From Catajapyx aquilonaris (Eukaryota): a stretch of DNA of 64,000 nucleotides. A program made the translations under genes and the position numbers. Below the pieces are notes generated by a model that had not been told where the DNA came from, made no database searches, and saw only the letters and a program-made list of their open reading frames with translations. This document shows positions 50,144-59,884 of this stretch, one piece after another; the first letter of the stretch is position 1; each line of letters starts with the position of its first letter. The DNA lies in contig JYFJ02001449.1 of NCBI GenBank assembly GCA_000934665.2, forward strand, positions 1 to 64,000, given 5' to 3'.

Positions 50144-50709
50144 GTAAGTAGAGTGACCGTGCGTCTCGGGCGCGATCCGGGCACGTCTACCAGTCAGGGG
50201 GGGCGCTCATGGGACCGACGTCCGGACTAACGGCGGGGGTTAATTTGCTCGCTCTCACCGGCTCCCCAGGGCCTCGTACTGTAGATAATAAATGCGGTCC
50301 TTGTTACAGAGGTGTTTTAACGGCTTTATCCCGGCCCTGGCCAAAATTGGAACCGCCGCGTAAAGTGTAGAGTCATGGCCGGCCAGTTTTTTTTTTTACT
50401 ACCTTTTACACCCAGGGCCGGCCCCCTGCCTGCTTGGGTACGTCGACATACCCAGTTGGATGCTGGGTCAATGAAACCGCAACGGAAAACAACAAACGGG
50501 TCAACGACGAGGCCTCTCATACATCGATAATTTAGTGCCACCGAAACCACGGGGGCGGCCCCGCTGCATTCGAGTCAGATTCGCCAACCATACATTTCTC
50601 ACCTGCGCTGCGGTTGAATTATTTAACTGGACTAGGTGATGGGAGGGAAATGGCATTTGAGAGAGTCAAGGTCTGTGTGGTCTGCATGGATGCCGGTAAA
50701 TAGGTAATT

Positions 50710-50817
50710 ATATCGCTCAAAAACATAAAGACGATTTTGCATTTGATTCAAGTGCAGGCTGCACTGGAGTCAAAAAAATGCAAAATCGTTTCTACAATAT
50801 ATATTTTTGAGCGATAT
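50710..50817. repeat. 108-bp nested inverted repeat (fold-back element)
   Basis: Three nested stems: atatcgctcaaaaa/tttttgagcgatat (14/14), acgattttgcattt/aaatgcaaaatcgt (14/14) and gattcaagtgcag/ctgcactggagtc (11/13), with a 1-nt centre. Confidence 0.85.
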
Positions 50818-52482
50818 TCGCTGAGGGAAAATGAACATACGAAATTATACGAGGTGTAGTCCGGAATTGCCCATATGTGCCTGAGCAAACACCTTTAGAT
50901 GAGGAGCAAATCCTTAGGTATTTTGTACAGTATAACAGGGAATATACCTGTTTGAAATATTGACAAACAAATAAATAAGCAAACATTAATTAAATTAAGT
51001 AAATGTTTCCCGATTCTCCATAGCTTACTACCCCCTTTCTGGAGATGTCGCGATAGTGTTGTTGTGTTGTTGTATTATTTACTTCTATGCTTATGCTGTG
51101 CACATACCCCATGTTGTATTAACATGAAAGCTTATGGGTCAAAAATATTTTCTCGGGCATATTCAAATCAATTGCTTATATTGAGAGCTGTTTTTGTGGA
51201 TGAGAAATGCCCATAATTATCTGCATGCTGTCGGTTTGTAGGTAATTATTTAGGTGTCACATTTTGAATACCATATATTTATTTGTGTTTATTATGTGAC
51301 TCTGGTGTTAGGATACTGCAGATTAGGGGGGGGGGGGACAGGATTAGTTCAAAAAGCTGGTTCAAAACGGAGCCACACACCCCAACACAGCCAGAGGCAG
51401 GTTTAACTTGTGTCACTGGACCTAAACCAACCGTAAGGTTTACTCATCTGAGGTATATGACCCCGAGGTCAATTGAGTGCAAAGGTTGACATAAGGGAAG
51501 GGCAACTGTCCAGGGAGACTCCTCCTGTCCAGAACACTGACGAACGTCCATTTAACTCGATTTTGTGTCCCTCCAACCCAGCCGAATTGGTAGTGTAGCT
51601 TCATAGAAGTGGGTGGTGGGGTGGCAACTGGAATTAGTGCCCTTCCTGACGCGAATGCCTGATTGGCTTCTCCTGGCTCCGGAGCAGAGACCGGAGATGA
51701 AGAGAAGCATAGCCCGGATAATGCAGCCCCTTAATTCGAGCCAAAGAGAGAGAAGTGGAGGGGGGCTAAACGTCCCTCCCCCCCCCCTCGCCACTCCCTA
51801 ATCTTCCTGGAGGCTTTGTCGCCGTCACCAGAATTTGATGCTAATGAAAAGGAAGACTAGGTGAGATAACGGACGAATGATTAAGGAGCATAGAGAGAGT
51901 CAAGGTGCAAAAAACAAAGAGAGAGGACACTGCTGAAAGAGAAGAGGATCCAACCGGTGTAACTATACACTGAGAGCAGACTGGCGATTAATGGCGACTG
52001 CAGTGGGTGCCACTTGTTCAGGGTTGACAAATGAAGACACGGAGATTAAAACTGCTCATTTCCTAAGGGAGTCTTATGACGGGAAACAAACCTTGAACTG
52101 CGCTCCAGCAAAAAAGTGCGTGATGGAGTACGGGAAAAAGTTACAACCATGACAGATTACAAACGGTTTAATGGGTCAAACTGTACCACTGCACACACCT
52201 GGCCAATAGTACACACCTGCAGGCCATGTCAGATACTCGTTCCCAGAAATGAGTTGGTCCGCGCAATTTTGCAACTGTTTGCATGATAAAATAACACGGT
52301 GACGAAAAAACAATGTGCCATTATTCACAAAATAGTACTATTGAGTCCGGCAGCGAAAACAAGTCGTCAGCATTCATCAATATCAGGCACAAATTAATAA
52401 TGGAAGAGCAACCCTATACACGCTGGTCATCGGTTTTCTCACATGGAGTTTGTCATATTTCCGATCATTAATATGTGCTCAA

Positions 52483-52530
52483 TACAGGGTGTTTCAGAAC
52501 TTCGTTGGCGTCATTTATGACTCATCCTGT
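52483..52530. mobile_element. Very short, internally deleted CAGGGTG-type MITE relic
   Basis: tacagggtgtttca ... tgactcatcctgt, degenerate inverted ends spanning 48 bp. Confidence 0.3.
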
Positions 52531-55500
52531 TTGTTAGCCTTCCGGTCCGCACAATAACAAAACGTACACTATCCGGGTTTGAACAACCTTGTTTATTGTG
52601 TTCGGTAAGCAACAAGGCATTGTTGCAAGCCGGGGCTCATTTTCATGTCCATTTTGGCAGACGAGAAGAGGAAGAGGAAACGTGGGGGGTGAGAGAGAGG
52701 GGGGCTGGCAGGGCTCGGTTGGAATGAGGCTCGATGCCAGTGGCAGAGAATGTTTGTGGTTCGCCATGGAAATGAGGTGAATTTTCAATCGACGGTTCAT
52801 GCATTTGCATTCAGATTATTCCAGCCCCAACTCCTACGGTGCCTGGTTCGATCCGCTTTTAGACCAGCATTACTTTCCTAAGAAAAAAAATACACCTAGA
52901 CCCGACAAGAGCCAGAGATATTAAGCTATATCATCTGGAGGGAAAACGTCTTGCTCCGATAATTAGTTTACGTGAGGAAAAGCCTCGGGATTGCCGCTAA
53001 TTAGACCTTTCCAAACCACGTGGTTCCTTTTGGCTCCAACCTAAAAAAATAACAACTGGCGACAGTATGAGTTTCATCTCACGTGACCTCCCCAGCTTCT
53101 GAGGATGGGGACCTTTCTTGAGCTCCTTTCTTAGAGAACTTGGAGCTAATGCGCCGTTAAAACAAACGAGAGGTTGGGGAGAGAACTGGGGGTGGGTCTT
53201 TAAGCTTTTCAGAGTTATGGCGACGGAAGAAAGTCGCATGCATAGGATTAAGGCTTTTCTCTCTCCATCCAGGAGCAGCAGCAAGCCTACTTATTCCTAG
53301 AGAGAAGGTGGTGGACCCAACGTGCCGACTTGGCTCTCTCTCATCAGATTGCGCGCTATTTTCCAGGGGAAATTAGGCGGCGGACAAGAACGCTGGGAAA
53401 TGGCACCCTCCCCATTGTTCCTGGCGCCAAAACTGGGGCGAGTACTTTGGGAAAATTTGCCTTTGCTCCTAAGCCGCGAAGAAAATGGGTGCGTTTTGGG
53501 CCTAAAAATTTTGGACTGCACTTGGAGGCATTACTATAGCTTACAATGTCTGAATTATTGCGCAGTCTTTGCGGGGCTGCTGGAGAGAATTGGCTGGTAA
53601 TCTGAATCTGGGAGGGCGAAATACTACAGGGAGGTTTATATGTAACGATGGAATTAGGCTGATATTATCATTATGTAATGAGCTGCGCGATTAGCAATTC
53701 TCTGGTGGGGATAATTTTCCTGAAAATAATCGTGGGACTTCTCTGCACTCCCACATATAATAAAATATGTACGGCAATGACGTGCCAATTATTTAATTTT
53801 AATGACTTTACAGTATTATACTTATGATAAATTCAGACTGCTGCACTGGCTCTGAATACCGATCCACCCTAATTGATTAAATTTTACTGGAGATGATACT
53901 AATTTCTATTGAAGTCATTAATTTGTATTATATTGCAATGATGCAATCCTTATCCATGAAGCAGGCTAAATTTTCCAAAAGTATTATATTGCATCAGTCA
54001 ATATGTATAAAAGAGTTCTTAAGCCATGATGTATTTACGTACATACCAATACTCACTTTTCTGACACTACATTCTTCCTTAGAACCGAACATCTGATAAT
54101 ATTTATGGAAATTTACCCTACGTTCACCTGCACAACACCAAGTTGGCCACATTATTAATTAACCAAATATACTCATTATGAACATGTCACACAAGCTGCA
54201 GCCCTTAACTGTGTTTTACACCACAAAGCCCGTTTCACCTTTCCCACACTTCACACTGTACATCATCATTGCAATAATTGTTACAATATATGCCTCGTAC
54301 AGTATTATCTAGGCTAACCAACGTTTTTCATAATTATGCAAAGTAAAGTCAAACGGTCCGTTTCATTGCCCTAGTTTCAGTTTCACGTTTCCAAACACAC
54401 CCACATACGCAAAAAAAAAGTAGGAAACGCGGCCCTGGGCATAGTCGCTCGTATTATTTTCATCCTACTTTCTCCTCATGCTGTGCAGCATCGGTCGAGG
54501 AGCTGTTCAGCGATGTATACGTACTGCGTACTGCGCATCACCTCGGGGAGAAACGGTGAACACTAAAAGGCCGTGCAGTGCATGTTTGCCCCTGCGGTTT
54601 ATGCCACAATGCGAGCAAGTGCACGTATCAGGTAGCCTCTCTCTCGGATCCGATCAAAAAAACCAGTACAGTGCATGACCTCCTTTTTTGCCGCACCTGT
54701 TGCAATCTGCCCACCTTTTTTGTCTATACTACATGTGGGCAACGTGCCAATAACGCATTTTTTATCGCTCTGATTACAGGAGTAAACACGGGCCTCCACT
54801 GCAATGATAGCGCCCGAAGGCAACTTTAGTGCCGACCCTAGATCAATTCCCGGTGAAGGTTACGAAACCTGGTCATAAACAGAGCCCTCGTTAATGGCTC
54901 CCATCTCCAGCTATGGGTCAACCGTGCCCCCAAAATGTCATAAGCAAGTTTTGATATTATCACAAACAGACAAATCGCAACCGGAGCGTGATTTCCAGAC
55001 GTTGAAACTGGTAGGCTCCAAGTTTCAATGGCTTTCCTTATCAAACCGGTCTTAAGTGCGCCACGTTTATGGGGCTGGTGCTGGCTGGGCCAAGACGTGG
55101 CTTTCCCCTCCTAAATGCCGCAAAGTATCACTCTTGCTTTTCGCTAATTAGAGAGAAGGGAGGGCTTGTGCCAGCCCTGCCCTTGTTGACCTCGCAGGAG
55201 CATCTGCATCGGCAAAATTCCTCTGTGCATATCCCTCTGGGGGATGGTTCCCAAACAAGGACCAGCAGCCAAAAGTTGTGTGAATGGAGCAGCAGCCAAC
55301 CAGTACTGATAACGCTTAATTAAAATTAGGCACGAGTGTTGGCTCTAATAGGTAGACAGTACTATCCATGAGAACATGCTCATGATTCTTTGCATAATTT
55401 TTTAAAATGTTTTGGCCCCTGTGCTATATTGATAAACACCTCTGACTTGAATCCTCCATGAACACCCTGTATCCTCAGCCTTTGCCGCCAACTTCCTGAT

Positions 55501-58500
55501 TACACAAGTATGCAGGAAGGCATAAAAGATTAATCAGGCAGCATGCAGAACACTAGGTAAAGGGAGGTTTGGGTCGATAATTTTGGCGGAAGCAGGCCCG
55601 ATTCAATATTTAACAAATTTTTAACGCCGCATCCTCATCCGGACATTTTTGTTAGTTTTTTTTCTCTCTGCAAAGCGTGGTGGATAACGCATCATTACCC
55701 CGATGTTAACACGGGCTGAAGCAAAAGCCTCTTTTTGGTTCGTGTTGAAAACAAAACAGAAGCATCATTCTGCGGGGACATTACCCAACATAAAAAACTG
55801 GTCCCTACAGGTCTTCTCTCGTCGGGATTTACGAGCTGGCCACAGTCACGTCGAATTTCAAACAAAAATCCCCCACCTTTAAACTCAAAAGGTGTTATTT
55901 TTCACCAAACTGTTTTCCTTCCTCAGGCTTCCAAAACCTCATTTTGCCCATCTAATCATTCACTACTGCAGTTTTCTGTTTTCTAGGGCAACATCAGGCT
56001 CGGCAGCATGGAGGTGAAAAAGGTTACCCTATTATCCGCAAGTAAGAGGCCCACAAAAGACATTAGACTGCCATTATAGAAAGGCAGGGGGGGAGGTGTG
56101 TGTGTGTGTACCTTAAACCCCCCCCCCNTGTTTCGTTGCGAGTGCACCGTTCTGCAAAACACTAATTTGCATCCCAACGTCTCCCGGTTGCAGCATCGCT
56201 CCGCCTCTAATGCGAATTTGATTACCAAGCCTTTCCGCAATACATTTCCCCTTGACCGGTTTTTAAACACTCTACTTCGACATTCTCATTTTCCTTTTTG
56301 CGGGCGAATCCGGATTGGAAAAGCGGCGAAACGGCTGGGGGGGAAAAAAAATAAATGAGCACCTGTGTCCTCGACAATTTGCAAATTTGCGAAAGATTCC
56401 TTTCGAAATACCTTGCAACACGTTGGGTGTAACGCAAACCAGAAATCAATGAGGTACCTCGCATTCTTGCGTCAATCACAATCCAGAAACTCAGGCTATG
56501 GCGTGCTCTCAAAAGGTTGCGGTTTCCGTCAACATGGGACTTTTCGGCCCACCCTTAAAACCACTACCCTCCGACCTCCTTTAACACACAAAGTTGCCCT
56601 CTATCTCTCAGATTTTCGGGTGCGCTGAAAACACGATGCTTCACAACACACTCCGAGATCTAATAATCCCGGATTTAATAATTAACAAGGTCAAAAGGAT
56701 TTGCGGTGTGCAACAATATAATCGGGCGAACTTGGTCCGTTTGGCAAAACCTTAGTCAAGTCAACCATCTCGCAATGCAATCCGGACTAATTTGGCTGCC
56801 CGATTCTCTGAGGAGATGCGATTATTAAATAGTTCCTCCAGCTAAACGAGATTACAAGATACTCTCCCGGGTTGCATCAGTACTTGATGCGATTACCGGA
56901 ATCTCCGCTTCTCAGTCCACCGGATTTTTTTTTGCTTGTTTTCTGCTGCTTTCTGGCTTGGAGCAAGAGGTCAGTAAAGCACGGTTAGGCCCCTGCACCT
57001 TCTCGGCCAAACGTGGCGCTCTAATCCGATCAACACGATCCAGAGTGGGTGAAACACCAATCTAAACGACAGATTAGTTCTATGTCATTACAATGGACAA
57101 CAATCAGCACTCTGGCAAGGCTAAAATCTCAGGAAAATAAACCATTCGCCTTGCTGGAGTAATAGTGGTTACAATCATGTCAGGATATGTTTATCCAATA
57201 TTTTTATTGACATTAAGTACCAGCAGACCGAAATGTTTCAGCAGTGCTCTGAGGTGTGCCACAGGATCTAAAGACATGGAAGGTAATACTCTGCGGCAGC
57301 CTAGATTGCAGCAGAGCAAACCCTTTTTTTTTCCTCCTCGGGAAGTTCCTGCCTGCTTTTCCCCAGCCAAGCAGCAGGTGTACTTTCCGATGCAATGGGA
57401 CCACAGGCGGTGCGAAGCTACCAAAACACCCTCAAGTGTTTGTCTAAAGCATGATATTACAGTGCACTATACCCTGTGTATTGCAGGAAAGCGCAAAGGA
57501 AATCTTGAAATTTCACCTCCCCTCTTTTGATCCCGCAAACGTCCACAAGAAAATGCAAAACCTGGCATTGCAACAGAAGGCAAAAACCCAGTTTCCATTC
57601 CGGTTTTATCCCTAGTTCAACCACTATTATTCAAAGCAAGATTATTTGCGTGTGGGTACTGAAAAAGCAGAGTTTCGGACAATCATGGAGCCAGTCCGAA
57701 CCAAAGGTCCTGGTTTTTACTGCCAAATTTCGGTTAGGACAACCTGAAGGATCCAGAGTCAAATGGACTTCCCCACACACCACCACTAGGTTTATTTGGG
57801 AAAAGGCAATTTCCCATCTGGTAGAACACGGCCCAGTTTGTGTCCCGGAGTAATAGGTTCTTCGGACTGCCCTCCCGCGCGTTATTATGGGCAATCACAC
57901 ACTACAAAATGACTGCCGGAAGGCCTGGCTGGCTGAGGGGGGGAGGAAAACAAGGATGGAAAAAGGGGTGGTGGGGGACAGGACGATTGGACATGTCACG
58001 TAGGGAAAAGCCTGAGCGACGATGTCCGGCGTAGGATGATTTTCACAAGCTCCCTTTATGCCGGTTTCGGGCAGGCTACACTGCTCTATTATGATACCAT
58101 AACCCACAAAAGCTCTCCCAAGTTGGGATTTTGGAAACTGCCAACACCCTGTCCTCATCACCTCGCTCCTGGGGACCATTACAACCCTGCACGTGCGTGG
58201 TGTTCATAAAACACAGGGTGTTTCATAGCGACACTTTCTATATAGAGAGTATATAGTGCCATATCTTTCACATAGATGGCGCACCCTCCCTCTCTGTACA
58301 CTACTGATGACTCACCGCAGGTGGAGCACTCTGTACTTTTGAACTAACTTCTTTCGGCACAAACTGTGTCCGGCTACAAAAAAACACTGGTCGCTAAAAA
58401 GTCAAATGTCCCGTCCGGCGCGGCGGAGAGAAAAAATATGTGTCGTTGGAAATGGTCGGGGTGGAGAGAGGGCAGGCGTCGAAAATGCCCTTTTCATCCG

Positions 58501-58549
58501 TGTAAAACCCGATGCTCCGGCGGCAGTTAGGACAAATGAGAGGACCGGG

Positions 58550-58580
58550 CCGTAAATCTGGTCACTGACCCATAAATCAT
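58550..58580. promoter_or_regulatory. Composite enhancer-like element: nuclear-receptor IR1 flanked by two Hox/Exd-type sites
   Basis: ccgtaaatc (58550-58558), tGGTCAcTGACCc (58559-58571), ccataaatcat (58570-58580; reverse complement ATGATTTATGG). Confidence 0.4.
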
Positions 58581-59849
58581 GGATCGAAATCTGTGCGCTG
58601 ATTTCACCTTACCAGTACTACTACAAACGGACCCAAATTGCCCCGTGTGTTTTGGTAGCTCATTGTGCACGTGTGAAACTCCGGAGTATGTTGTGCGAAG
58701 GCATAAATTGCATTGTTGGTCAGTTATAATTTTACTATTTTGAATGCGGTCAAAAAAATAGTGTCTGCTGGACCCAATTGGCTGAACGTATCTCTCTTCT
58801 GAAGTTGAACTTCCCCAAACTGGAACTAATTAATCCTCTCTCTCCTACTCTCTCTCTCCATCCGTCCTTCTATTCCGGAGGACTGATGAATGGAGTGGAA
58901 TGAGGGAAGATGGGACCGGTGGTACGCATGGATGGCACAGGAAGGCATTGTCGACAAAGGGGACGGGATGCGGAGAAACGAGCACCTGAACTGAACTCAT
59001 CCGACTGTGCACACGATTAACATGCTCTTCCACAACTTCTCTTGAAATTTTTTTAAAACATTTTTTTGGGGCACTGCCAAACCATGCTTATATCCATGAG
59101 CAATGGATCGAACCTTTCAGTCGCAAACAGTACAATAATTGTTCCAACTCTCCAAAATACAATTTCCTTCCATCTGTACCACCACCACCATCCAGTTTTG
59201 TTTTGACAGGGTGACTTTCGGAAGAGGATTCAAAACAGGGCCAACCCAGTTTTTGAGCTTGGAAAGGAACGGCTCATAGATTTTAATGGGTAAAGTTGGC
59301 CTGGCAGAAGCGGAAAGAGTTGTACGGCTGTGTCGAGTGGTCTGGCGTAACGGCCAGATAGAGATTTGGCCTCACTTCTATAAGTAATGGGAGGCAACTT
59401 AAAACTTCGTTTTTTTAACAAACATATTCTAAAGCTTCTAGGGTGGGGATCAATCAATTCGTAATATTTTGCGCAAATCGATAAACTATGGATGCACTAA
59501 AGTTTTTATCGCTCCGATCTCCCTTGGGACTTGAATAATGAATAAAATATTGTCTGCGGAAAGTATTCTTCGGGATAACTTACACAATTTATGGACCATA
59601 CGGTTTAGTTACAAGAAAAACCTTTTGCGAGCTCGTGTAACTCCTGATTGGGATTCGGGCCCGAATCGGCTAAAACAAGGCGTAAAAAAACGGCATCCGT
59701 GATTATCCAGAAACTGCAACAATTAAATATTGGTGACATCGGGCTGTTTTCCGTTTTACTTTAATGCAATTTCTAAATCCAGGTTCGTTTTCCCACAAAA
59801 ATGCAATGGGATAAAGTAGGATCACATTTCTATTGAGTTCTGACTTTTC

Positions 59850-59884
59850 AGACATTTGGTGACATTAAATGTCACCAAATGTCT
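59850..59884. repeat. Perfect 35-bp palindrome (17-bp arms, 1-nt spacer)
   Basis: agacatttggtgacatt-a-aatgtcaccaaatgtct. Confidence 0.95.

Noticed and set aside
52845..52854. Pol III B-box ggttcgatcc (another on - at 59105-59114)
   Set aside because: No A-box at a suitable distance and no cloverleaf, so neither a tRNA nor an evident SINE head.
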